64,000 nucleotides of DNA. It comes from Nautiliaceae bacterium. GTDB taxonomy: Bacteria > Campylobacterota > Campylobacteria > Campylobacterales > Nautiliaceae. Shown here in pieces: positions 8,432 through 17,861 of the stretch (the first letter of the stretch is position 1; every line of letters starts with the position of its first letter). Made by a program: the position numbers and the translations under genes. Location: positions 878 to 64,877 of the forward strand of contig JALVTJ010000063.1 of NCBI GenBank assembly GCA_027036005.1. Reading direction: 5' to 3'. The notes under the pieces are model-generated. The model ran no database searches. It saw only the letters and a program-made list of their open reading frames with translations, and was not told where the DNA came from.

Positions 8432-8935
8432 TTAATTACTTTTTTTAATCTGCTCTTTTTTTTTGAGCCTTTGCTGTTTTTTGTGTTCGGCTAATTTTTC
8501 TCTTGAAAGTTTTGCTCTTTTTTCTAATTTTTCCCACTCTTTTTCAAAATCTCTGGGATTATCGATTTTATTGATAAAATATCCCAGTTTTTTGTTTTTA
8601 ACAACTTCTCTTCCAAGGGCGGGAGTTCTTTTATCGCTTTGACTCAGACATCCTTCGTCGGATTTTGGGCATGCATCAACACATGCACCGCAGTAAATAC
8701 AAAGGTATGGATTATAATTATACTGTTTTTTTCCGTTTTCTATATCGATTACTTCAAATTTAATAGCGCCCGGAGGACAGATATTTTCGCATTTATCGCA
8801 AAAAATACAAAGTTCTTCGTTATAAAAAATTGTCCCTCTGTAATTTTTCGGTTCGGGGCTTGGTTCAAACGGATATTTTAGCGTTTGCGGTTTTGAAATT
8901 AGGTTTTTAAAACTTTCTATAAACATTTTGAGCAT
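8432..8935 (-). CDS. echF: Ech-type hydrogenase 2x[4Fe-4S] ferredoxin-like subunit
   Basis: Two CxxCxxCxxxCP motifs (CIFCDKCENICP, CIYCGACVDACP). Last gene of the six-gene cluster. Has a Lys/Glu-rich C-terminal tail. Confidence 0.85.
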   Translation of the reverse strand: MLKMFIESFKNLISKPQTLKYPFEPSPEPKNYRGTIFYNEELCIFCDKCENICPPGAIKFEVIDIENGKKQYNYNPYLCIYCGACVDACPKSDEGCLSQSDKRTPALGREVVKNKKLGYFINKIDNPRDFEKEWEKLEKRAKLSREKLAEHKKQQRLKKKEQIKKSN

Positions 8936-8944
8936 TTTTTCTCC

Positions 8945-10027
8945 TTATCTTGCCGTGCAGCTCATACATGGATCAAAACTTAAAACTATCGCCTGAGCGT
9001 CGGAATATTTTTCGCCTATAAACAAATCTTTTAAAATAGGTAAATTTGCATAAGTCGGAACTCTGATTCTTACTCTTTCGAATATTTTGCTTCCGTTGCC
9101 TTTTAAATAATAAAAACACTCTCCCCTTGGAGCTTCAACCCTGACAAAAACTTCACCTTTGGGTCTTCCTTTGGTTTTTACTTTAATTTCGCCTTCTGGA
9201 AGATTATCAAGGATATTTAAACACATTTCAAGAGAATTTAATATTTCATCCTGACGCACTAAATTTCTTGCTAAAACATCTCCGTCTTTTCTTGTTTGAA
9301 GTTTATATCCTATTTCATTATAAGGCAGATATTCATACTCCGCCCTTGCATCCGTCTTAACTCCGCTTGCTCTTGCAATAGGACCTACAACTCCGTATTC
9401 CAAAGCCATCTCTTTTGTAATTTTTCCTATATTTTTGGTTTTTAAGCCGAATGTATAATCGGTTTCGAAAAATTCTGTTAGTTTTTCTAATTTTGGTTTT
9501 AGCTCTAAAAGCTCTTTTTTAATTTCTTTTGCATCCTCCAAATCGATATCCCTTCTAACGCCTCCTATTGTATAATAATCAAACTGAACTCTGTTTCCCG
9601 TAAGCCGTTCTAAAATTTCCATTACCTTTTCTCTGTATCTGAATGTCTGCATAAAGAGATTTTCATATCCCACAACTTCCGCTACGTGTCCGTTTGCGAG
9701 CAGGTGGGAGTGCATTCTATCAAGCTCAATTACAAGCATTCTTAAATATTCGGCTCTTTTGCTAATTTCCGCATTCAAAAGATATTCAAGTCCGTGAATA
9801 TATCCGCTTGCGTGTGTTATGGAACAAAGTCCGCAAACTCTTGTAAGTAAAAAAGCAAGGTTTGTATAATCGAATTTGGTTATTGCGGCTTTTTCAATTC
9901 CTCTGTGAACATATCCCAAATTTACATGCACATCCGAAATGATTTCATTTTGAGTATCAAATAAAAAACTGACAGGTTCAGGCAAAGCTACGTGCTGAGA
10001 GCCGAAAGGTATTGTTATTTTTCCCAT
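8945..10027 (-). CDS. echE: group 4 [NiFe] hydrogenase large subunit
   Basis: 360 aa. N-terminal RVCGLCSITH and C-terminal DPCMSCTAR Ni-Fe ligand motifs. The protein ends at the motif with no C-terminal extension. Confidence 0.92.
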   Translation of the reverse strand: MGKITIPFGSQHVALPEPVSFLFDTQNEIISDVHVNLGYVHRGIEKAAITKFDYTNLAFLLTRVCGLCSITHASGYIHGLEYLLNAEISKRAEYLRMLVIELDRMHSHLLANGHVAEVVGYENLFMQTFRYREKVMEILERLTGNRVQFDYYTIGGVRRDIDLEDAKEIKKELLELKPKLEKLTEFFETDYTFGLKTKNIGKITKEMALEYGVVGPIARASGVKTDARAEYEYLPYNEIGYKLQTRKDGDVLARNLVRQDEILNSLEMCLNILDNLPEGEIKVKTKGRPKGEVFVRVEAPRGECFYYLKGNGSKIFERVRIRVPTYANLPILKDLFIGEKYSDAQAIVLSFDPCMSCTAR

Positions 10028-10386
10028 TTTGTCTCCTTTCTTAAAGGAGCTTGAATACTCTCTTTTTCTAAAAAAACTCCTTTTGGTGCGTCTTGAACGT
10101 TTAATCCGAATAGATCCGCCAATTCAAACTCGGCAAGCCATGAAATTTTTACAATATCCTTTATACTCGGAATAAAATCCTTATAACCGATATTTTCCGC
10201 CCTGAATACATAAATTTTGTTTTTTTCTTTTAAATCGCTGAATATCCAGTCTATTGTTATATCTTCTCCCGTATCAGTAGCGTTAATAGTTACATAATGA
10301 TATTTGTTCGGGTCATACCATTTTTTGATTGTTTCTTTTACATTTTCAAGTGTTACTTTTATAAATTCCATTTGGGGATTAATCAT
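10015..10386 (-). CDS. echD: small hydrogenase subunit (NuoC/EchD position)
   Basis: 123 aa. Overlaps both neighbours. Called mainly from its position between the small and large subunits. Confidence 0.7.
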   Translation of the reverse strand: MINPQMEFIKVTLENVKETIKKWYDPNKYHYVTINATDTGEDITIDWIFSDLKEKNKIYVFRAENIGYKDFIPSIKDIVKISWLAEFELADLFGLNVQDAPKGVFLEKESIQAPLRKETKWEK

Positions 10387-10864
10387 CTTTTGCTCCTAAT
10401 TTATCTATTATTTCATTATGATTTCTTATATATTCTTTTTCTTTTGATTTTGTTTGTAAAATTTCTATTGCTTCCACAATACCGTCAATTAAAGCTTCCG
10501 GTCGCGGGGCGCATCCGGGTATCCATACATCAACGGGAATTATATTATCAACTCCATTTTCCACATGATAAAAATTTCTAAATACACCGCCGCCGTGTCC
10601 GCACGCTCCCATTGCAACGACTACTTTTGGTTCTGGCATTTGTAAATATAATCTTCTTAAAACGTCTTTACATCTTTTTGTTACCGGACCTGTTACAAGT
10701 AAAATATCCGCTTGTTTAGGATTGCCTTTATTTAAAGCTCCGAATCGTTCTATATCGTATTTCGGTGCCAAAGAAGCTAATATTTCAATATCGCAGCCGT
10801 TACATCCGCCGGTATTGTAATGCAGTATCCAAGGGGATTTTTTTCTGAATTTATTTAATTTCAT
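10379..10864 (-). CDS. echC: hydrogenase small subunit (NuoB/HycG-like)
   Basis: CNGCDIE, GACGHGGG and PGCAPRPE motifs. Start set to the ATG at 10864, which follows a GGAGG SD, rather than the track start at 10927. Confidence 0.9.
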   Translation of the reverse strand: MKLNKFRKKSPWILHYNTGGCNGCDIEILASLAPKYDIERFGALNKGNPKQADILLVTGPVTKRCKDVLRRLYLQMPEPKVVVAMGACGHGGGVFRNFYHVENGVDNIIPVDVWIPGCAPRPEALIDGIVEAIEILQTKSKEKEYIRNHNEIIDKLGAKDD

Positions 10865-10866
10865 TT

Positions 10867-11697
10867 CTACCTCCACATTGCTATTAAAATAATATTCAAA
10901 ACAGCCAAAGGAATTAATACAAACCATGAAAATTTAACCATTTTTCTATAATCGAGCCTTGCTGTCGAATTATCCAACAAATTGACAAAAATAAAAGTGA
11001 ATATAACCAATAAAATTCCAAGCCAATAATGATTACCGCCGAAAAGAAAAACAAAAGTAAATACATAAATATATTCTATCCATTTACCTGTATAAACGGC
11101 TTCGTAAAAAGGACCGCTGTATTCTATTTCAGGACCTCCTATGATTTCCTGATGGGCTTCTGCTATATCAAAAGGCGATTTTTGCAACATCATTGGTATT
11201 ACTAAAAGAAATGCAAAAAAAACAAGTGGCATTTGAAAAATCGGATATCCGTTAAAGGATAGAATTGTTTTGATATCAAAACTTCCCGTAATCAAATAAA
11301 AAGAAACCGCCATCAATACCATTAAAGGCTCATAACTTATCATATGCATAAGCTCTCTAAGTCCTCCCAAAACGGAATAAGGGCTTCGGACACTGCTGGC
11401 CCCGATTACTAATGCTAAAACCGCTATAACATGAAAAAAAACCGCTATAAGCAAATCGTTTCCTAAAAGCAAAACAGCCAGGGTAAACCATTCGGCTATG
11501 AAATACATTATTCCCATTAACGCATGCAAAGAGTGTATAATATAAGCCCTTTTGTCCATTAGTTTAAAAAAATCATAAAAAGGCTGTAATACAGGCGGGC
11601 CGATTCTGCTTTGCATTCTGGCTTTTATTATTCTTTCGATTCCAAAAACAAATCCTCCTAAAACAGGAGCAAAAATCGTTATTAATAAATTTATCAT
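10867..11697 (-). CDS. echB: hydrogenase integral membrane subunit (NuoH/HycD-like)
   Basis: 276 aa polytopic membrane protein with NuoH-like conserved stretches (RIGPP, EAHQEIIGGPEIEYSG). Confidence 0.88.
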   Translation of the reverse strand: MINLLITIFAPVLGGFVFGIERIIKARMQSRIGPPVLQPFYDFFKLMDKRAYIIHSLHALMGIMYFIAEWFTLAVLLLGNDLLIAVFFHVIAVLALVIGASSVRSPYSVLGGLRELMHMISYEPLMVLMAVSFYLITGSFDIKTILSFNGYPIFQMPLVFFAFLLVIPMMLQKSPFDIAEAHQEIIGGPEIEYSGPFYEAVYTGKWIEYIYVFTFVFLFGGNHYWLGILLVIFTFIFVNLLDNSTARLDYRKMVKFSWFVLIPLAVLNIILIAMWR

Positions 11698-13544
11698 AAT
11701 AAACCTCCTCCAAGAACCACTGTAATTATGAAAAGCGCTATGCTAAAAGCCATTAAGAAAGGCTCATATTTTTTAATGCATTCAAAATCCCATGTTCCGA
11801 GATATTTAGGGTGATTTTCCCCACAGTTGTAAGGCTGGACGAAATCCGCTTTGAATTTGACAAAATAAGGCAAAATATGAATAAGTGTCAAAATTATCAG
11901 TGCTCCTAAAATTTGCCAAAAATATAAAGTGGAATTGTTTATTGTTAACGATAAGTTTGATGAATATATGTTAATATGATAATTTGTTAAATGTTTGGCG
12001 ATGGAAACTATGAAATTTGAAATCAACGGGGCTATAAATATTGCCATTGACAACAAAAACAGATAATACCAAAAAGATATGAAATTAAATGTTTTAGGTA
12101 AATGTATAAATTTAATATTTTCTATTCCGTGAGCTTTTCTTACGCTAATTCCCAAAACTTTCATATACAAAATACTTAAAAATGCACTTCCGGCACCTAC
12201 AAAAACAATTAACAAAATATAACTTCCGTGAGTTAGAAAATTGCTTGCTTCTTCTATCATCATCCATTTACCCACAAAGGCACCAAAAGGAACAAAGGTC
12301 ATATTTAAAAAACCGAAAAAGATAAACATCATTGTAAGAGGAGCTTTTTCTATTAATCTTTTCATTTGAGTTATATATTTTACATGAAAAGCTTTTTCTA
12401 AAATTCCGGCTTCAATGAATAAAAAGCCTTTTGCAAATGCATGAAACAGTATTAAAATAAGCGATGCAGTTATTGCAATAGGTGTGCCCACAGCCGCCGT
12501 TAACATCATTAATCCCAAAAGAGAAATTGTCGAATATGCTAATATTCTTTTGAAGTTATCTTGTGTTAAGGCAATTACGGCGGCACTTACAAATACAAAA
12601 CCTGTCGTGATTATTAAAAGTTTGGCAAGAAGTGTATTATGAATTACGGGAGCAATTCTTAGAATTAAATAAGGAGCTATTTTTACCATTGTGGCCGAGT
12701 GTAAAATGGCGCTTACGGGAGTAGGGGCTACCATAGCTCCCAAAAGCCAATTTTGAAACGGCATTTGAGCTCCTTTAACCAAAGCGCTCAAAGACAAAAA
12801 TCCCAAAGCTGCAATTGCTACGTTTTTAGGATGGTTTAAAATATCGGTAAAATAATAATACCCGTTTTGTTTTACCATTAACATCAAAGCAATTAATATA
12901 GCCACTCCGCCTATTTGATTCATCCATAATGCAAGTAAACCGTTATTCACCGCTTCTTTGTCTTTTCTGAAACTAATCAAAGCGTATGAAGCAAGGGTAG
13001 TTGTTTCGAAAAGAGCGAAAAACCATTCTATATTATTCACACTTACGGCGAAATTCATAACACCTAAAAACCAAAGTAAAATAGCTACGAATTTATGTTT
13101 GTTTTTTTCATTATAATCCATATATTTTGTAGCGTAAATTATTATCGGCGTTCCTACTAAAGCAACTATTATATAAATAAAACTTGCAAGTTTATCTACG
13201 TAAATATTTGCTGTTGAAGAAGACGGAAGAATTGACAATACTATAATTAACAAAGTAATTTGTAATAAAGCCAAAGAAGTTACATAAGCGTTTTTGTGTT
13301 TTATACCTACATATAAAAAGAAAAACAAAAGACCAAAATCGTAAATATCCATAAGAATATCAAAAAATTTCGAAGTATGAATATAAATAGGTAAATTTCC
13401 GTAAAAAATTTTAAAAGACAAAAACGCTAAAATAGGCAACAATAAAAAACTAAGGAAATTTGTGATAATGTCTTTTTTAAAAAAATAAACGCATAAAGCG
13501 AAAATCCAGGGTATTAGAATGTTTAGAATAACAAAAGAAGCCAT
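11694..13544 (-). CDS. echA: hydrogenase antiporter-like membrane subunit (NuoL/HycC-like)
   Basis: About 616 aa polytopic protein. Start set to the ATG at 13544, 5 nt after a GGAGGT SD; the track start at 13574 lacks an SD. Confidence 0.88.
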   Translation of the reverse strand: MASFVILNILIPWIFALCVYFFKKDIITNFLSFLLLPILAFLSFKIFYGNLPIYIHTSKFFDILMDIYDFGLLFFFLYVGIKHKNAYVTSLALLQITLLIIVLSILPSSSTANIYVDKLASFIYIIVALVGTPIIIYATKYMDYNEKNKHKFVAILLWFLGVMNFAVSVNNIEWFFALFETTTLASYALISFRKDKEAVNNGLLALWMNQIGGVAILIALMLMVKQNGYYYFTDILNHPKNVAIAALGFLSLSALVKGAQMPFQNWLLGAMVAPTPVSAILHSATMVKIAPYLILRIAPVIHNTLLAKLLIITTGFVFVSAAVIALTQDNFKRILAYSTISLLGLMMLTAAVGTPIAITASLILILFHAFAKGFLFIEAGILEKAFHVKYITQMKRLIEKAPLTMMFIFFGFLNMTFVPFGAFVGKWMMIEEASNFLTHGSYILLIVFVGAGSAFLSILYMKVLGISVRKAHGIENIKFIHLPKTFNFISFWYYLFLLSMAIFIAPLISNFIVSIAKHLTNYHINIYSSNLSLTINNSTLYFWQILGALIILTLIHILPYFVKFKADFVQPYNCGENHPKYLGTWDFECIKKYEPFLMAFSIALFIITVVLGGGLL

Positions 13545-13574
13545 ATTTACCTCCAATTTCAAAATAATGGACAA

Positions 13575-13584
13575 ATTATATCAA
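13575..13584 (-). promoter_or_regulatory. candidate extended -10 (TTGATATAAT) for the ech operon
   Basis: The minus strand reads TTGATATAAT about 30 nt upstream of the echA ATG. Confidence 0.4.
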
Positions 13585-13592
13585 TAAATGAA

Positions 13593-13637
13593 TATTTATT
13601 CAATATTAAAATTTTTAATTTTCTTATTTATTCAATA
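13593..13637. repeat. two perfect 13-bp direct repeats TATTTATTCAATA, 32 bp apart
   Basis: Copies at 13593-13605 and 13625-13637, in the divergent ech/mobB control region. Confidence 0.6.
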
Positions 13638-13648
13638 ATTTGATATGA

Positions 13649-13661
13649 TTTTTGATAAAAT
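13649..13661 (+). promoter_or_regulatory. candidate extended -10 promoter TTTTTGATAAAAT (mobB)
   Basis: Exact recurring 13-mer. AAGGA SD and the TTG start at 13682 follow. Confidence 0.45.
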
Positions 13662-13681
13662 TATGCTAAAAAAGGAATTCA

Positions 13682-14167
13682 TTGAGAAAAGCAGTAGCAT
13701 TTACGGGTCCAAGCAATTCGGGCAAAACAACCCTTATTGAAAAAATCGCCAAAAAACTTATAAGTAGTTATAAAATAGCGATAATCAAAAACGATCCAGC
13801 CGATAAGGCAAAATTTGATAAAAAGGGAAAAGACAGTTTCAAATTTTTTGCAACCGGTGCCGAAGTGGTTGTTACGTCTCCTACCAGAACCACATATTTT
13901 TCTCACAGGCAAAAATCTCTTGATGAGATTATTGATATGATAAACGATTTTGATATTTTGCTTGTGGAAGGTCTTAAATATTTGCCGCTTCCGAGAATCG
14001 GTATTTTCAGAGGTGAACTGGACGAGAGTTATTTCAGATATATAAAAGCCGTTGCTATTGATGATAGTGTGGATAAAAGCAAAATTCCTTCTAATATTGA
14101 AATTTTGGATTTAAACAATACCGATGAAATAATAGATTGGGTGTTGAAAAATGCGGTTGATATTTGA
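13682..14167 (+). CDS. mobB: molybdopterin-guanine dinucleotide biosynthesis adaptor MobB
   Basis: 161 aa. P-loop FTGPSNSGKTTL with MobB-like length and layout. TTG start. Confidence 0.85.
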   Translation: MRKAVAFTGPSNSGKTTLIEKIAKKLISSYKIAIIKNDPADKAKFDKKGKDSFKFFATGAEVVVTSPTRTTYFSHRQKSLDEIIDMINDFDILLVEGLKYLPLPRIGIFRGELDESYFRYIKAVAIDDSVDKSKIPSNIEILDLNNTDEIIDWVLKNAVDI

Positions 14168-14233
14168 GGGGAAAGTTGGGAAGAGATGAGGAAAAGAGAA
14201 GGAAAAGAGGGTGAATGAAAGAAAGGAGAGAAA
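14165..14233 (+). repeat. 69-nt polypurine tract (no C, six T) forming the fbp leader
   Basis: Read directly from the sequence. Contains several SD-like GGAG/AGGA/GAGG words and shares the GAGATGAG word with the tract at 25062. Confidence 0.7.
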
Positions 14234-15079
14234 ATGACCGAAATAATAGAAAGTATTAAAAAAATTGCCGTTGATATAAATAAAGCCATTAAAACAAAAG
14301 ATACAGGCAAAATCGAAAGCCAAAACGCAAGCGGGGATGTTCAAGTTAAGCTTGATGTTATCAGTGATAAAATCGTAGAAGATTATTTATTGGAAGTTTC
14401 AAGCGTAAAAGAGATTATAAGCGAGGAAAAAGAAGAGCCGATAACAAAAGAAAGCGGAAAATATTTTGTAGCATACGATCCTCTTGACGGGAGCAGTTTG
14501 ATTGATGTGAATTTGAGCGTAGGGAGCATATTTGGTATTTATGAAAACGGTTATAATGGTAAAAATATCGTAGCAAGCGCTTATGTGGTGTATGGTCCAA
14601 GACTTGAACTTGTGGTTGCAAGAGATGTTGTGGAATTTTTCAGGTTTAACGAGGAAAAAAATGAATTTGATTTTGTAAAAGAGATAAATCTGGAAAAAAA
14701 AGGCAAAGTATTAGGACCTGGCGGAACACAAAAATACTGGTTCGATTATCATAAAAAAATGATTGACGGGCTTTTTGGCGAAGGATATAGACTAAGATAT
14801 TCAGGCGGAATGGTTCCTGATTTGCATCAGATTTTGCTTAAAGGCGGCGGGCTTTTTGCATATCCCGCAACTACCGACAAACCTAAGGGAAAACTTAGAA
14901 AACTTTTTGAAGTGTTTCCTTTTGCTTATGTGTTTAAAAAAGCCGGAGGAGGAGCGATTGACGGTGTTAATGAACTTTTGGGTTTAAAAGCGGATTATTT
15001 TCACGATACCACTCCTTGTTTTTTCGGAAGCGAATATGAAATAAAAAAAGTATTACAAGCATATAAGGGGAAAAAATGA
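14234..15079 (+). CDS. fbp: fructose-1,6-bisphosphatase class 1
   Basis: 281 aa with DPLDGSS and [18 protein letters not shown] motifs. Confidence 0.9.
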   Translation: MTEIIESIKKIAVDINKAIKTKDTGKIESQNASGDVQVKLDVISDKIVEDYLLEVSSVKEIISEEKEEPITKESGKYFVAYDPLDGSSLIDVNLSVGSIFGIYENGYNGKNIVASAYVVYGPRLELVVARDVVEFFRFNEEKNEFDFVKEINLEKKGKVLGPGGTQKYWFDYHKKMIDGLFGEGYRLRYSGGMVPDLHQILLKGGGLFAYPATTDKPKGKLRKLFEVFPFAYVFKKAGGGAIDGVNELLGLKADYFHDTTPCFFGSEYEIKKVLQAYKGKK

Positions 15080-16977
15080 GCGATAAGTGTAAAACATATT
15101 ATCTGACAACACCGATTTATTATGTGAACGATGTGCCTCATATCGGGCATGCCTATACAACTATTATTGCCGATACGATAGCAAGATATGCAAGGCTAAA
15201 AGGAATTGATACGTTTTTTTTAACAGGAACGGACGAGCATGGTCAAAAAATAGAAGAAGCGGCAAGAAAAAGAGGAAAATCTCCAAAAGAGTATGCCGAT
15301 GAAATAAGCTCAAAATTCAAAGCCCTTTGGGACGAGTTTGAAATCAGTTATGACAAATTCATAAGAACGACCGATTCGGAACATATAAAAGGCGTTCAAA
15401 AAGCGTTTATGCAAATGTATGAAAAAGGCGATATTTACAAAGACTATTATGAAGGTCATTATTGTGTAAGTTGTGAGAGTTTTGTCGCTCCGAGCCAGCT
15501 TGTAAACGACGAGTTGTGTCCGGATTGCGGCAGACCCACGAGAATAATAAAAGAGGAGAGTTATTTTTTCAGACTTTCAAAATATCAGGATAGAATTTTA
15601 AGTTGGCTAAAAGAAAAAAAACCCATTTTACCGGAAGCGAGGGCAAATGAAGTTATAAGATTTGTCGAAGAGGGGCTTAAAGACTTATCAATTACAAGAA
15701 CCTCTTTTGAATGGGGAATTAAACTTCCAAAAGAATTAAACGATCCTAAACATGTGGTTTATGTATGGCTTGACGCTTTGTTTAATTATTTGACCGCACT
15801 CGGATACGGCAGCGACGACGAAACACTTCTTAAAAAATATTGGCCTGCAAAACTTCATATAGTCGGGAAAGACATACTTAAATTCCATGCAGTCTATTGG
15901 CCTGCGTTTTTAATGAGTATAAATTACGAACTTCCGAAAATTATAGCCGCTCACGGTTGGTGGACGAGAGATGGTGAAAAAATGAGCAAAAGCAAAGGAA
16001 ATGTAATAAATCCCAAAGAAGTTGCCGATGCTTATGGACTTGAAAATTTCAGATATTTTATGCTAAGGGAAGTTCCTTTCGGTGCTGATGGTGATTTTAG
16101 CGAAAAAGCGCTTATTGATAGAATCAACAATGATCTCGGAAACGATCTTGGAAATCTTTTGAATAGAATTATAGGTATGGCATATAAATATTTCGACGGT
16201 AAAATTTCAAGTCAAAAGGTGGAAAAATATTATTCGAAAGAATTAAACGAAGCAAAAGAAATTATCGGCAAAATTGAACAAACATATCTTTGGAAAATGC
16301 AAATACATAAATATTTAGAAGAACTTTGGAAAATTTTAAGTATAGGAAACAAGGCGATTGATACTTATAAACCTTGGGAGATGATGAAAAACAATCAAGA
16401 AGAAAAGGCAATGGCTCTTCTTGGACTTATAGCTAATCTGCTTGCAATGGTAGCGATTTATCTTCATTCCGTAATGCCGAAAACCACTTCAAAAATCGCA
16501 AATACTCTCGGATTTGAAATAAATACCGAAAAATTTAACGAAATTAATGAAAATAAACTTTTAAATGATTTTGTAATCAAAAAAATTCCTCCGCTTTTTC
16601 CGAAAATAGAAAAACCTTTAATGAAAAAAGCTGAAATTAAAGAGCCTGTCGATTTAATAACGATTGACGAATTTTTCAAAGCAGAATTGAAAGTGGGTGA
16701 AATAGTTGCAGCCGAAGAAATTAAAAAATCAAAAAAATTATTAAGAGTTGAAGTGGATTTGGGAGAGGGAAGAGTGCGTCAAATTATTGCAGGGATAAAA
16801 GAATATTACACTCCCGATGAACTTGTCGGAACGCAAGTTTGTGTGGTAAGCAATCTTAAACCGGCAAAATTAATGGGATACGTAAGCGAAGGAATGCTAT
16901 TAGGAGCAAAAGATGAAAACGGATTTAGTCTAATCAGACCCGAGAAAAAGAAAAAACTCGGAACTAAAATCAAATAA
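15076..16977 (+). CDS. metG: methionine--tRNA ligase
   Basis: HIGH (PHIGHAYT) and KMSKS motifs, CxxC zinc knuckles, and a C-terminal tRNA-binding domain. Confidence 0.95.
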   Translation: MSDKCKTYYLTTPIYYVNDVPHIGHAYTTIIADTIARYARLKGIDTFFLTGTDEHGQKIEEAARKRGKSPKEYADEISSKFKALWDEFEISYDKFIRTTDSEHIKGVQKAFMQMYEKGDIYKDYYEGHYCVSCESFVAPSQLVNDELCPDCGRPTRIIKEESYFFRLSKYQDRILSWLKEKKPILPEARANEVIRFVEEGLKDLSITRTSFEWGIKLPKELNDPKHVVYVWLDALFNYLTALGYGSDDETLLKKYWPAKLHIVGKDILKFHAVYWPAFLMSINYELPKIIAAHGWWTRDGEKMSKSKGNVINPKEVADAYGLENFRYFMLREVPFGADGDFSEKALIDRINNDLGNDLGNLLNRIIGMAYKYFDGKISSQKVEKYYSKELNEAKEIIGKIEQTYLWKMQIHKYLEELWKILSIGNKAIDTYKPWEMMKNNQEEKAMALLGLIANLLAMVAIYLHSVMPKTTSKIANTLGFEINTEKFNEINENKLLNDFVIKKIPPLFPKIEKPLMKKAEIKEPVDLITIDEFFKAELKVGEIVAAEEIKKSKKLLRVEVDLGEGRVRQIIAGIKEYYTPDELVGTQVCVVSNLKPAKLMGYVSEGMLLGAKDENGFSLIRPEKKKKLGTKIK

Positions 16978-17861
16978 TGAAAATAGAAACGTTGGTAAAT
17001 CTCACGGGCGGTGAGCTTTTAAATCGTCCGTTTATAAGCGAGGTTGTGTTTTTTACAAAAGATGCGAATGAGGTAAACAGAGGAAGCTGCTTTTTTTCAA
17101 ATGATATAAATTCGATAAGACAAGCCGTTAAAAACGGAGCTTACGCAATAATAAGCGAAGAGGATATTCCTGTTTTGGATAAAGAAATAGCTTGGATAAG
17201 AGTTGATGATTTTAAAAAGGCGGTGTTTAATCTTTTTAAGTATGAAAACATAAAAACAAAAATATACTTTTCAGATGAAATTAGTGCGCAGATAATAAAA
17301 GCTATGTCCGATGAAAAAAATGTAATTGTAATAGAAGACGATTTTGAAGATTTATTAAAAGCTTTGAATTTTAAAGATAAATTTATCGTTACTTCAAATA
17401 AAAAATTCAAAGATTTTTTTCCAAATATCGAAGAAATAAAACCCAAAAATATAAATTTAACAATGAAAACGTTATTTAAAAGTGAATTTGAAGGAAAAAT
17501 TATAAATCTTCCTTTTGTTTACAAAAAAAATTTTGCAAAAGCGATAAATTTTTTTGAGAGCAATAATTTAAAATATACTTTCGAATTTGAAATAAAAAGA
17601 TTTAAGCCGGTTTTTATCAATTCTAATTTTGAAGAAACTGAATATGGAAAAAGTGAAAAAGTGCTTATAACAAATCTTAAAAACGATGAATTTTTAATAG
17701 ACGAATTGAATTATATTATTGAACATACAAAACATGCAAAAACCGTAATTGCGGATAAAGCACACAAAAAGTATTTAAAAGAAAAATTCAATTTTGCGGT
17801 TTTAATAGATATGGATATCGAATTAAAAACAAAAAAAGAAAAAGGTCTTTTTGATGATTGA
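16977..17861 (+). CDS. hypothetical protein with MurF-N-terminal-like domain and no P-loop
   Basis: 294 aa. The first ~95 aa follow the MurF N-domain pattern (LTGGEL..., RGSCFF, NGAYAII, VDDFKKA). No GxxGKT motif is present. Confidence 0.55.
   Translation: MKIETLVNLTGGELLNRPFISEVVFFTKDANEVNRGSCFFSNDINSIRQAVKNGAYAIISEEDIPVLDKEIAWIRVDDFKKAVFNLFKYENIKTKIYFSDEISAQIIKAMSDEKNVIVIEDDFEDLLKALNFKDKFIVTSNKKFKDFFPNIEEIKPKNINLTMKTLFKSEFEGKIINLPFVYKKNFAKAINFFESNNLKYTFEFEIKRFKPVFINSNFEETEYGKSEKVLITNLKNDEFLIDELNYIIEHTKHAKTVIADKAHKKYLKEKFNFAVLIDMDIELKTKKEKGLFDD

Noticed and set aside
8945-10027. Possibility that the large subunit is a NuoD/Mbx-type non-hydrogenase, or carries an in-frame TGA selenocysteine.
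   Set aside because: Both Ni-Fe Cys pairs are present as Cys codons in an uninterrupted ORF, so it reads as a genuine Cys-type [NiFe] hydrogenase.
14165-14233. G-quadruplex potential of the polypurine tract.
   Set aside because: There are only about three runs of G3 or longer, and the loops reach ~27 nt. That is not a credible canonical G4.
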